Part shown: positions 27,078 to 35,816 of the stretch, piece by piece
Layout of the letters: every line of letters begins with the position of its first letter
Position numbering within the stretch: the first letter of the stretch is position 1
NCBI GenBank assembly: GCA_022599775.1
Contig: JAHZLQ010000025.1
Span: forward strand, 4,219 to 68,218
Reading direction: 5' to 3'
DNA from: Gammaproteobacteria bacterium
Lineage (GTDB): Bacteria > Pseudomonadota > Gammaproteobacteria > Nevskiales > Nevskiaceae
Length of the DNA: 64,000 bases
Notes under the pieces: model-generated
Told to the model about the DNA's origin: nothing
What the model saw: only the letters and a program-made list of their open reading frames with translations
The model's database searches: none
Translations under genes and position numbers: made by a program

Positions 27078-28082
27078 ATGAGTCAGTCCAACGCGACGGA
27101 CAATGCCGCGAAGAAGATCACCGTTGTCGAAGCTCTCAATTGGGCTTTGAACGATGCGATGGAAAGCGATTCCAAGGTCATGTTGTTCGGTGAAGACGTC
27201 GCCGATCCGCAGGGCGGTGGCGTGATGAAAGTATCCGCAGGTCTGTCGACCCGCTTCGGAACGCGCGTGCGCTCCACGCCGATTTCCGAGATGGGATTTG
27301 TCGGCGCCGGTGTCGGCGCGGCGCTAGCCGGCATGCGGCCGGTTGTCGAAATCATGTTGATGAACTTCACCGCCGTCTGCATGGACCAGATCACCAACCA
27401 TGCCGCCAAGCTGCGTTTCATGTCCGGCGGACAGACCAGTGTGCCGATGGTGATTCGCGTGACCACCGGCTCCGGTTTCGGCACCGGCGGCCAGCATGCC
27501 GATTTTCTCGAAGCCTGGTTCTGCCACACGGCAGGACTCAAGGTCGTCGCGCCATCCAACGCGGCCGATGCCTACGGCCTGATGTTGTCTTCGATCGAAG
27601 ACAACGATCCGGTGATCTTCATCGAACTGCTGACCAGCTATTGGACCAAGTCCGACGCGCCGGTGCGCGGAACGCGGGTGCCGATCGGCAAGGCCAACGT
27701 TGTGCGGCGGGGAAAGGATGTCACCGTGCTCGGCTACAGCCGTTCGATGATCGATATTCCGCCGGTGGTGGAGAAGCTCGCAGCAGACGGGATCGATTGC
27801 GAAGTCATCGACTTGCGCACGGTCTCGCCGCTCGACATGGATACGATATTCGCGTCTGTACGCAAAACCGGCCGTGCGGTCGTCGTGCATGAAGCTTGCC
27901 GCTCGTTTGGTGTCGGCGCAGAAATCTCTTCGCGCATCCATGAGGCGTTCTGGCGTGAGCTCAAGGCTCCGGTGCAGCGCGTGGCGTCCAAGGACTGCCC
28001 CGTGCCTTTCGCCAAATCACTGGAGCAGGCATTCATCTACAGCCCGCAGGAAATCGAAGCCGCAATCCGCGCCACGTTTTGA
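27078..28082 (+). CDS. E1 beta subunit (transketolase-like pyrimidine-binding and C-terminal domains)
   Basis: 334 aa; FGEDVADPQGGGVMKVSAGL...TPISEMGFVGAGVGAA. Confidence 0.9.
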   Translation: MSQSNATDNAAKKITVVEALNWALNDAMESDSKVMLFGEDVADPQGGGVMKVSAGLSTRFGTRVRSTPISEMGFVGAGVGAALAGMRPVVEIMLMNFTAVCMDQITNHAAKLRFMSGGQTSVPMVIRVTTGSGFGTGGQHADFLEAWFCHTAGLKVVAPSNAADAYGLMLSSIEDNDPVIFIELLTSYWTKSDAPVRGTRVPIGKANVVRRGKDVTVLGYSRSMIDIPPVVEKLAADGIDCEVIDLRTVSPLDMDTIFASVRKTGRAVVVHEACRSFGVGAEISSRIHEAFWRELKAPVQRVASKDCPVPFAKSLEQAFIYSPQEIEAAIRATF

Positions 28083-28102
28083 GCTCTGCGAGCATCTGGT
28101 CA

Positions 28103-28190
28103 GGGAAGAGATCACCTTGAAGATACCGAAAATACGATTGCCGATACTTTGTTTGGGAGGAGATCACCTTGAAAATACTATTGCCGAAGC
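28103..28190 (+). repeat. tandem duplication of the RBS and start region of the lipoyl-protein gene
   Basis: GGGAAGAGATCACCTTGAA...AATACGATTGCCGATAC (28103-28146) versus GGGAGGAGATCACCTTGAAAATACTATTGCCGAAGC (28155-28190). Confidence 0.7.
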
Positions 28191-28408
28191 TGGGGTTTTC
28201 TATGAATGAGGGCACGCTTGCCGAGTGGCTGGTCAAGGACGGAGACCGAATCGAAAAGGGGCAACCATTGCTGTCGCTTGAAAGCGAAAAGTCGGTGCAG
28301 GAGATTCCCGCGCCGGCCACCGGTGTGGTGCACATCATCGTCACGGCGGGTGAAACGTGCGAAGTCGGGACCGTACTCGGCGAGATCGGATCGGAGGTGA
28401 CAGCATGA
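28169..28408 (+). CDS. free-standing lipoyl-attachment domain protein
   Basis: 79 aa, TTG start; MNEGTLAEWLVKDGDRIEKGQPLLSLESEKSVQEI with the candidate lipoyl-Lys in ESEKS. Confidence 0.8.
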   Translation: MKILLPKLGFSMNEGTLAEWLVKDGDRIEKGQPLLSLESEKSVQEIPAPATGVVHIIVTAGETCEVGTVLGEIGSEVTA

Positions 28409-29178
28409 AAGGCCGGCTCTATGGAAAGTGTGCGATCGTCACCGGCGCCGGTCAGGGCGTCGGCCGCGGCATCGCGCTGGCGATGGGCAAGGAAGGTGCG
28501 AAAATCGTCATCGCCGTGCGCAATGTCGCCAAGGGCGAAGACGTGCTCAAGGAGCTGCACGCGGCCGGCATTACAGCCGCGATGGTCAAATGCGACGTCG
28601 CGGTGAAGCAGGACGTGGCCAATGCCGTGAAGCACACGGTCGACACCTATGGTGGTGTGGACATCCTCGTCAACAACGCCCACGACACGCGCATGATCCA
28701 AGCGCCGTTCATGGAGTGGACGGACGATGCGCTCAAGAACCAGTTCGATAGTGGCTTCATGGGTGCGTACTGGTTCATGCGAGAGTGCTTCGAGCACCTG
28801 AAGGTTTCGGGCAGCGGCCGCATCGTCAACATCTCCTCCGGAGCGGGCGTGCGCGGTGCGGCCACCTTTCTCGGTTACGCAGCTTCTAAAGAGGCACAGC
28901 GCGCGATGACGCGCGTGGCCGCGCGCGAATGGGGCGACTTCGGCATCACCTGCAATACGATCTGCCCGGTCGCCGACTCTCCGACCATGGCCGAGTTCGT
29001 CAAACATCCAGAGCTTGGCTGGAACGACATTCTGCCGGTGCTGCCGATCAAACGACTTGGATCCTGCGAGCATGAGGTCGGGCGCACCGCAGTGTTCCTC
29101 GCCAGTCCCGATGCGGGCTACATCACCGGTCATACGATCAACGTCGATGGCGGCTTCACGATGGATGGCGGTCGCTGA
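28405..29178 (+). CDS. short-chain dehydrogenase/reductase (SDR)
   Basis: ATGA overlap with the lipoyl gene; AIVTGAGQGVGRGIA, NNAH and YAASKEA. Confidence 0.85.
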   Translation: MKGRLYGKCAIVTGAGQGVGRGIALAMGKEGAKIVIAVRNVAKGEDVLKELHAAGITAAMVKCDVAVKQDVANAVKHTVDTYGGVDILVNNAHDTRMIQAPFMEWTDDALKNQFDSGFMGAYWFMRECFEHLKVSGSGRIVNISSGAGVRGAATFLGYAASKEAQRAMTRVAAREWGDFGITCNTICPVADSPTMAEFVKHPELGWNDILPVLPIKRLGSCEHEVGRTAVFLASPDAGYITGHTINVDGGFTMDGGR

Positions 29179-29939
29179 TGTCGGATTCCGTTTCCAGGCG
29201 CGCGCTGATCACGGGCGCGGGACGCGGGATTGGGCGGGGAATTGCGCTGGCGTTTGCCAAGGTCGGTATCGACGTCGCCTTGGTCGATGTCCTGGGTGCG
29301 GATTGCGAGCGCACGGCACAGGACGTAGGGCGCTTGGGGCAGCGGGCGCTGGCGATCAAGGCCGACGTCGGCAAGTTGCGGGATTGCGAGGCGGCGGTCG
29401 ACACGGCGATGGCGTTTCTGGGTGGTCTCGACGTGCTGGTCAACTGTGCGATCCAGACGCGCGTCGGGCAGGCGCTGGTCGATCAAAGTGAAGAGGACAT
29501 CGCCATGAACTGGGAAACCGGGGCACTGGCGACCTTTCGCCTGATGAAGCTTGCCCACCCGCACCTGAAGGCGTCCGTTAGCGGATCGGTCATCAATTTC
29601 GGCTCCGGAAACGGCACCGAAGGACTCGCCGGCACCGCAGCCTACGCGGCTTCAAAGGAGGCCGTGCGGGCGCTGAGCAAGGTGGCGGCGCGTGAGTGGG
29701 GACGCGATGGCATACGCGTCAACACGCTTTGTCCGTTCGCCAATTCTCCCGGCATGACGCAATTCGCCGAGGAGTTCCCGGCGGTGTATCAGGCGACGCT
29801 CGACCAGACCATGCTGGGCCGCATCGGCGACTGCGAGCGGGACATTGGTGCGGTTGCCGTGTTCCTGGCGTCCGATGTCTCCTCGTACGTGACCGGGCAG
29901 ACGCTCATGGTCGATGGCGGCCTGCATGGATTCCGTTGA
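29178..29939 (+). CDS. short-chain dehydrogenase/reductase (SDR)
   Basis: TGATG overlap with the previous SDR; ALITGAGRGIGRGIA and YAASKEA. Confidence 0.85.
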   Translation: MSDSVSRRALITGAGRGIGRGIALAFAKVGIDVALVDVLGADCERTAQDVGRLGQRALAIKADVGKLRDCEAAVDTAMAFLGGLDVLVNCAIQTRVGQALVDQSEEDIAMNWETGALATFRLMKLAHPHLKASVSGSVINFGSGNGTEGLAGTAAYAASKEAVRALSKVAAREWGRDGIRVNTLCPFANSPGMTQFAEEFPAVYQATLDQTMLGRIGDCERDIGAVAVFLASDVSSYVTGQTLMVDGGLHGFR

Positions 29940-30008
29940 GCGACTTCTCGCGCGCTTCCGAAACAGCCGAAATGGCTAAGGACATTGCAATGACAGCGAG
30001 CATGCCTC

Positions 30009-32024
30009 ATGGAGACTGAGCCGTTCCCGATGCTCTTCAGTCCCTTCGATCTCGCCGGGGTAGAAGTACCCAACCGCGTCGTAATGCCGCCCATGTCCAC
30101 CGGCCTGGCGGGCGAATCGGGTGAAGTGACGGCCGCGCAGCTCGCGTTCTACCGTGAGCGCGTGGTTGGTGGTGTCGGCATGATTATCGTCGAGTTCACC
30201 TCTGTGCATCGCGTGAGCGGCATCTCCGAGCATCGGCAATTGAGCCTGGAGGACGAGCGCAATCTGGACGGGCATCGTGAACTCGTGCGCATGATCCGCT
30301 CGCATGGCAGCGTCGCCTGCCTGCAGTTGCAGCACGGCGGTCCTTTCGCTCGCCGCGAGTTTGTGGAGGGAGGTGTCGCCCGCGGGCCGGTCAACATTCC
30401 CTCCAAGCGTCATCCCTCGGGTCTGGGCGTCAAGGCGCTCGACGACGCTGAACTCGAGCATCTGATCGAATGCTTCGGCAGGACGGCCGAGCTAGCCGTG
30501 GCGGCCGGTTACCAGGCGATCGAGCTGCATGGTGCGCATGGCTATCTGCTGACTTCGTTTTTGTCGCCGTACACCAATCATCGCAACGACGCCTGGGGCG
30601 GCGACGAGGAGCGGCGCCTGCATTTTCCGGCCTCGGTGATTCGGCGCGTCAAACGCGCCATCGGCTCCGTGCCACTACTGTATCGCGTATCGGCGGACGA
30701 ATTCGTTGCCGGCGGCCTGTCGATCGACGACATGGAAAGGATCGCGCCGAAGCTGGTCGCGGCCGGTGCCGATGCCCTCCACGTCTCCACGGGTATTGGC
30801 AATGGCAGCTTCGACAAGGTGCTTGATCCCATGTCGGCGCCGGAGGGCTGGCGCCTGCCCTACAGCCGCCGCCTGCGCGCCGCGAGTGGCGTGCCGGTGA
30901 TTACCGTGGGACAGATTCGCTGGCCCGCTACGGCGGAGCGCGCGCTGCGCGAAGGTGATGCCGATCTGATCGCGATTGGGCGGCCGCTGCTGGCTGATCC
31001 GGCCTGGGCCGCAAAGGCGCGTGCCGGGCGCGTTCGAACGATCCGCCCCTGCACCTCCTGCAATTTTTGCGTCGCGCTGGGCGACAGCGGCCAGGGCGTC
31101 GGCTGCGCGGAAAATCCGCGCACCGGCCACGAGCTTGATCCGCCGCTGTCGGCTGGAGCGCGCCGTGGTGAGCGCGCCGTGGTGGTGGGCGCGGGGCCAG
31201 GCGGCATGGTGGCGGCCCTGATGCTCGATCAGGCCGGCTTCCGCACAGAGCTGCATGAAGCGCGCGAGCAACTCGGCGGCGGACTGATCGCGTCCGCAGC
31301 GCCGCCGTTCAAGGACAAGCTGCTGTGGTACCTGCAATACCTGAAAGACGAACTCGCGCGCAGCTCGGTCGACATCCGGCTCGGCAAGCGTGTTGATGTC
31401 GAGCTCCTGAAGCAGGAGCGCCCGGCGGTTCTGATGCTGGCGGATGGCGCCAATGCCGCGCCGCCACCGATTCCGGGTCTGAGCGCCCCGATCGTGTTCG
31501 ATGCGTACGAAGCTTTGATGGGCGACGAATCCTGGCGCCCGGAGTCGACCGCCGTACCGCTGTTGGTCTATGGCGGTGGCGAGACCGGTTGCGAAACGGC
31601 CGAGTATCTTGCGGAACGCGGCTACCGGGTGGTGTTGGTGACGCGCTCTGACGCCAAGCAGTTGGCGCGCGCTGCGGAGCGCGTCTATCGCATGGTCCTG
31701 CTGCGTAGGCTCCAGGAAAACCAGCGCATCGAGATTCGCGATCACTGCACGCTGGCCTCGATCGATAGCAGTGGCGTTGTTCTAGTCGATCAAGCCGGTA
31801 TCCACAGTAGTCAACCGGCGGCACGTGTCTTCATCGCGCAGGGCCGCAGGCCCTCGCACAGCGAACTCAACTCAGGCACCGATTTCGCGCCCATCGTGTT
31901 GGCGATCGGCGACAGCCGGCAATGTGGCCGTATCGGCGATGCGGTGCGCGATGCGTATCAGGCGATCAAGTCCATTTGCGTGGACGGTGTGCCACCCAAG
32001 CCGCTGCTGGACCGCGTGGTCTGA
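30009..32024 (+). CDS. FadH-like NADPH-dependent enoate/2,4-dienoyl-CoA reductase (OYE domain, 4Fe-4S motif, FAD/NAD(P) domain)
   Basis: 671 aa; OYE N-terminus (FSPFDLAGVEVPNRVVMPPM, HGAHGYLLTSFLSP), CTSCNFC...C motif, and VVVGAGPGGMVAA; an alternative start lies at 30030. Confidence 0.85.
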   Translation: METEPFPMLFSPFDLAGVEVPNRVVMPPMSTGLAGESGEVTAAQLAFYRERVVGGVGMIIVEFTSVHRVSGISEHRQLSLEDERNLDGHRELVRMIRSHGSVACLQLQHGGPFARREFVEGGVARGPVNIPSKRHPSGLGVKALDDAELEHLIECFGRTAELAVAAGYQAIELHGAHGYLLTSFLSPYTNHRNDAWGGDEERRLHFPASVIRRVKRAIGSVPLLYRVSADEFVAGGLSIDDMERIAPKLVAAGADALHVSTGIGNGSFDKVLDPMSAPEGWRLPYSRRLRAASGVPVITVGQIRWPATAERALREGDADLIAIGRPLLADPAWAAKARAGRVRTIRPCTSCNFCVALGDSGQGVGCAENPRTGHELDPPLSAGARRGERAVVVGAGPGGMVAALMLDQAGFRTELHEAREQLGGGLIASAAPPFKDKLLWYLQYLKDELARSSVDIRLGKRVDVELLKQERPAVLMLADGANAAPPPIPGLSAPIVFDAYEALMGDESWRPESTAVPLLVYGGGETGCETAEYLAERGYRVVLVTRSDAKQLARAAERVYRMVLLRRLQENQRIEIRDHCTLASIDSSGVVLVDQAGIHSSQPAARVFIAQGRRPSHSELNSGTDFAPIVLAIGDSRQCGRIGDAVRDAYQAIKSICVDGVPPKPLLDRVV

Positions 32025-32057
32025 TCCGCGGCCTCCATCCAGGAAAAGGCAAACGCA

Positions 32058-33209
32058 ATGACAGGCAAGAACGACGTGTTATTTACGCCCTTCAGGATCG
32101 GCAATCTGCAGACGCGCAACCGGTTCGTGATGGCGCCGATGACACGCTGCTTTTCTCCCGAAGGCGTGCCGGGCGAGGACGTGGTTCGGTACTACCGGCG
32201 CCGCGCCGAAGCGCAGGTGGGGCTGATCGTGACCGAAGCGGTCGGCGTGGATCACCCCGCGTCGACCGGTGAGGGGTCGGTGGCGGAACGCAATCTTCCG
32301 CTTCTGCACGGCGAAGCCGCGCTGAATGGCTGGCGTCGAGTCGTCGACGAGGTTCATGCAGCCGGCGGCCTGATCTTTCCCCAGCTTTGGCACATGGGCC
32401 CCGTACGCATCGAAAAAACGGGGCCGCATCCCGACGCGCCCTCATGCCGCCCGTCCGGGCTGTGGGGGCCGGCGGGGCAGGTGCATTCGATCATGCCGGG
32501 ATATCTGGAGCGCGTGGAGCCGCTGACCCGGCCGATGACCGAAAGCCAGATCGCCGACGTGATCGCCGGCTACGCCCGCAGTGCGGCGAACGCTCGCGCC
32601 GTGGGCTTCGACGGAATCGCCATTCACGGCGCGCACGGCTATCTCATCGATTCCTTTTTCTGGGACGTGACCAATCGCCGGCAGGATCGTTACGGTGGCG
32701 AACTCGCTGCCCGGGCGCGATTTGCGGCCGAGGCGGTCAAGGTGATCCGCGACGCCGCCGGCCCGCTGCCGATCTTGTTCCGGTTCTCGCAGTGGAAGCT
32801 GCAGGACTACGAGGCGACGAGCTTCCGCAACCCCGCCGAACTGGAGCTGGTGTTGGGCATGTTGGCCGATGCCGGTGTCGATATTTTCGAAGCCAGCACC
32901 CGGCAGTTCAGCAAGCCGGCGTTCGCAGGCTCCAGCCTGAGCTTGGCCGGTTGGGCGAAAAAATTGAGCGCCAAGCCGACGATCTGCGTTGGTGGCGTGG
33001 GCCTGGGCACGGACCTGATCAATTCCATCGCAGGGCAGACGGGCGGCAGCGACAACCTTGACCTCGTTCGCGAGCGCCTGGAAGCGGGGGAATTCGATTT
33101 GGTGGCTGTGGGCCGGGCTCTGCTCGTCGATCCGGAATTTGCCCTCAAGGTGCGGGACGCCCAGGCGCTGAAGCCATTTTCCATGGAGTCAGTTGCAAGC
33201 CTTTACTGA
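32058..33209 (+). CDS. Old Yellow Enzyme family NADH:flavin oxidoreductase
   Basis: 383 aa; FTPFRIGNLQTRNRFVMAPMTR and HGAHGYLIDSFFW. Confidence 0.85.
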   Translation: MTGKNDVLFTPFRIGNLQTRNRFVMAPMTRCFSPEGVPGEDVVRYYRRRAEAQVGLIVTEAVGVDHPASTGEGSVAERNLPLLHGEAALNGWRRVVDEVHAAGGLIFPQLWHMGPVRIEKTGPHPDAPSCRPSGLWGPAGQVHSIMPGYLERVEPLTRPMTESQIADVIAGYARSAANARAVGFDGIAIHGAHGYLIDSFFWDVTNRRQDRYGGELAARARFAAEAVKVIRDAAGPLPILFRFSQWKLQDYEATSFRNPAELELVLGMLADAGVDIFEASTRQFSKPAFAGSSLSLAGWAKKLSAKPTICVGGVGLGTDLINSIAGQTGGSDNLDLVRERLEAGEFDLVAVGRALLVDPEFALKVRDAQALKPFSMESVASLY

Positions 33210-33717
33210 GCTCCCCCGCCTCAGAATAGTTGTCGGTATGCCAAGAAGGAGGAGAGGTGGATGCCTCTCTGACATGCTGTACCAGCGATGAGGGAGGGCC
33301 CCTCGATGTCGCCGATCAGGCGGAGGCATCAAACCACCATGAGCTGCGGTCATTAAGAGTGATTGTGGTGAGCGTCATTGGAAAAGGCGGGAATCATTCC
33401 GTCAGGTATGAGCAGCTGAGACGAACGAAAGTGAACCACTGACCAAGTGTCGAAAACTGAAGTGATGCCTAAACCGGGAATCGACAACGTCTCGGGAGGA
33501 GTCAGACGGATACCTGTTTCTGGTCTGGCGGCATCCGGCATAGAGGTGGCGTGACGGTTGTTCAGGCGTTGGTGTGGAACTTGGGAACCTGTCGCCTCGA
33601 TGAGAAGGGAGAAGTCCAAGTGGAGAACCCATCAGGACTGGAGTACCGATGCGAGGCACAGGGGCGGAGCCATGCGTAGTAGTGATGAAGGCGCTGTAAT
33701 GGAGCTGGAGCGAAGGC

Positions 33718-35004
33718 ATGGCCGCATCCGGTGAGGCTGTGGGGACAACTGGAATCCAGGAGGATCTCCGCAGCCGAGCCAAGCCCTTTGGGATTCCGAA
33801 GCGCGTGGTCTGGGAAGCATGGAAGCGGGTGGCCGCCAACAAAGGGGCTGCCGGCGTCGATGATGTCATCATAGAGGCCTACCAGGCGAGGCTCAGCAGG
33901 AATCTCTATACCTTGTGGAATCGAATGAGCTCGGGGAGCTACCAGCCCCAAGCGGTCAGGCAGGTACTGATTCCGAAGGGTGACGGACGGTTACGGCCGC
34001 TCGGCATTCCCTCGGTCAATGATCGCGTCGCTCAGATGGTGGTCAAGCTGCTGATTGAGCAGCGATTGGAGTCGGTGTTTCATCCGTCCTCATTTGGGTA
34101 TCGGCCGGGCAGAAGTGCGCTCCAGGCGGTGACCCAGGCTCGCCGGAACAACTGGCGATCGGACTGGGTGGTTGAAATGGACATCGAAGCCTTCTACGAC
34201 ACCATCGACCATGAACTTCTACAGCGGGCTGTGAACCGCCATGTGCCGGAAGTCTGGATTCGACTCTACATCCGACGATGGTTGGAATGTCCGGTCCGAT
34301 TAGAGGACGGGCAGATTCAGGCCCGGACCGGTGGCACACCGCAAGGTGGCGTCATCAGTCCGCTACTGGCCAACCTGTTTTTGCACTATGTGTTTGATGC
34401 CTGGATGCAGAACAAACACCTGTCGGTGCAGTTTGAGCGGTATGCCGACGATATGGTGTGCCACTGCCGAAGCGAACAGGAAGCCCGGTCGTTACTGGCG
34501 GAGCTGCATTCTCGGTTCAGTGACTGCAAATTGCGGTTGCATCCGACGAAGACGCAGGTGGTGTACTGCAAAGATGACCGGCGTACGAGCCAGTTTCCGG
34601 TTGTGCGCTATGACTTTCTGGGCTTCAGTTTCCACGCGCGGACCTGTCAGGATCGACGTGGACGGCTGTTTGCCGGCTTCAATCCAGCGGTTGGGCGCAA
34701 AGCGCTGAAACGGATGACCCATGTCATTCGGGCTCTGAAGATCAATCGAAGTACCCAGCTGACGCTGCCGATGCTGGCGGACCGGCTGAATCCCATAGTC
34801 AGGGGTTGGATTGGGTACTTTGGCCATCTGTATCCGGAGCCGCTGAAACGGTTTCTGATACGGCTTGACCTTCGACTCGGCTGCTGGGCAAGGAATAAAT
34901 ACAAACGGTTGCGGGGTCACAAACGCCGATCCTGGGCTTGGCTCAAGCGGTGGCGGGAGTGTAACCCTCGTTTGTTTGCACATTGGGAATTCGTCTACCC
35001 ATGA
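33718..35004 (+). CDS. group II intron reverse transcriptase/maturase
   Basis: 428 aa; RPLGIPSVNDRVAQ (RT2), DIEAFYDTIDH (RT3), TPQGGVISPLLANL (RT4), RYADDMVCH (RT5 YADD), and the maturase region LNPIVRGWIGYF; no HNH tail. Confidence 0.9.
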   Translation: MAASGEAVGTTGIQEDLRSRAKPFGIPKRVVWEAWKRVAANKGAAGVDDVIIEAYQARLSRNLYTLWNRMSSGSYQPQAVRQVLIPKGDGRLRPLGIPSVNDRVAQMVVKLLIEQRLESVFHPSSFGYRPGRSALQAVTQARRNNWRSDWVVEMDIEAFYDTIDHELLQRAVNRHVPEVWIRLYIRRWLECPVRLEDGQIQARTGGTPQGGVISPLLANLFLHYVFDAWMQNKHLSVQFERYADDMVCHCRSEQEARSLLAELHSRFSDCKLRLHPTKTQVVYCKDDRRTSQFPVVRYDFLGFSFHARTCQDRRGRLFAGFNPAVGRKALKRMTHVIRALKINRSTQLTLPMLADRLNPIVRGWIGYFGHLYPEPLKRFLIRLDLRLGCWARNKYKRLRGHKRRSWAWLKRWRECNPRLFAHWEFVYP

Positions 35005-35024
35005 TGCAGGGCCATGGATGCGAG

Positions 35025-35058
35025 GAGCCGTATGAATCGAGAGATTCACGTACGGATC
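35025..35058 (+). ncRNA. group II intron domain V
   Basis: GAGCCGUAUGAAUC-GAGA-GAUUCACGUACGGAUC has the AGC triad, a 2-nt AC bulge and a GNRA tetraloop, 20 nt after the IEP stop codon. Confidence 0.85.
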
Positions 35059-35061
35059 TGT

Positions 35062-35095
35062 GAGAGCCTGAGGGGGAAGATCCCTTGGGCTACTC
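35062..35095 (+). ncRNA. group II intron domain VI with a bulged branch-point A (35092)
   Basis: 13-bp helix GAGAGCCUGAGGG / CCCUUGGGCU(A)CUC with a single unpaired A, 7 nt before the AC at 35097-35098. Confidence 0.65.
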
Positions 35096-35125
35096 GACCC
35101 CCGATAGAACCAATCACCCTGTCTG

Positions 35126-35669
35126 ATGGAGGCGGTGACGAAGAGTGGGCAGCGAGCATGTGGGGGATATGAAGCCCAGTTCACGGCGGCGTTGGGACTG
35201 TCTTCGCCGTGGCATGTCACGGACATCCGCTTTACACCCGATCAGGGCGAGATCCACTTCGACGTCGGCTGTCGCTCGCCTCGTTTGAGCTGCCCGGCCT
35301 GCAGCGCCAGCGATCAAGCCATCCACGATCGACGCGATCGCACGTGGCAGCATCTGCACTTCTTCCAGTACTGCGCGTTCATTCATGCGCAGTTGCCGCG
35401 TGTGGGGTGCGATGCCTGTGGCAAAACCACATAGGCGGCGGCGCCCTGGGCGCGTCCAGGCAGCGGCCTTATGTTGTTGTTCGAAGTGCTGGCGCCGACC
35501 TTATCGCAAGCGATGTCGGTCGCTCGGGTGGCACGTCTGCTGGAGCGTCCGGCTTGGGCCTGTCCAACGGCACCGCAGAATCCATCAAGTCGAAAGTCCA
35601 GTCGCGAGTGCAAGAGCGCGCGGGTTTCGCATGCACTGCTACCTGATGGCGATCATCTACCTGACCTGA
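35126..35669 (+). pseudogene. ISL3-family transposase remnant with an in-frame TAG, a large internal deletion and a frameshift
   Basis: N-terminal zinc-finger/HTH part (AALGLSSPWHV...CPACS...WQHLHFFQ...RVGCDACG, TAG at 35432-35434, then PWARPGSGLMLLFE) is joined directly to the C-terminal tail (SNGTAESIKSKVQ / ARGFRMHCYLMAIIYL). The DDE core is missing. Confidence 0.7.
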
Positions 35670-35816
35670 CCTGAGCCACGCTCACGCACTAGCCCGCGCC
35701 TTCCTACGTCCGGCCGGACCTTGCTGCATGAAACCGAGGATTTCCACTCGAAATGTCATGGACCCGAAACGGCGCCGGGTCGCAGCGGACGGAGCGGCGG
35801 GCCGATGCAAGTCCAA

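Larger units (their letters stand above)
33229..35098 (+). mobile_element. group II intron (IEP without an endonuclease domain). The 3' end is well supported; the 5' end is an estimate, uncertain by about 30 nt.
   Basis: RT/maturase ORF in the expected domain IV position; canonical domains V and VI downstream; about 490 nt of less GC-rich structured sequence upstream. Confidence 0.8.

Noticed and set aside
33230-33872. Small ORFs (70 aa on the plus strand; 88-156 aa on the minus strand) upstream of the RT gene
   Set aside because: They fall in the region expected to be intron RNA domains I-III. They show no protein-like features.
35651-35667. Short tandem CCTGA repeats (CTACCTGACCTGACCTGA) at the end of the ISL3 remnant
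   Set aside because: Only three short units, inside a decaying pseudogene. No evidence of function.
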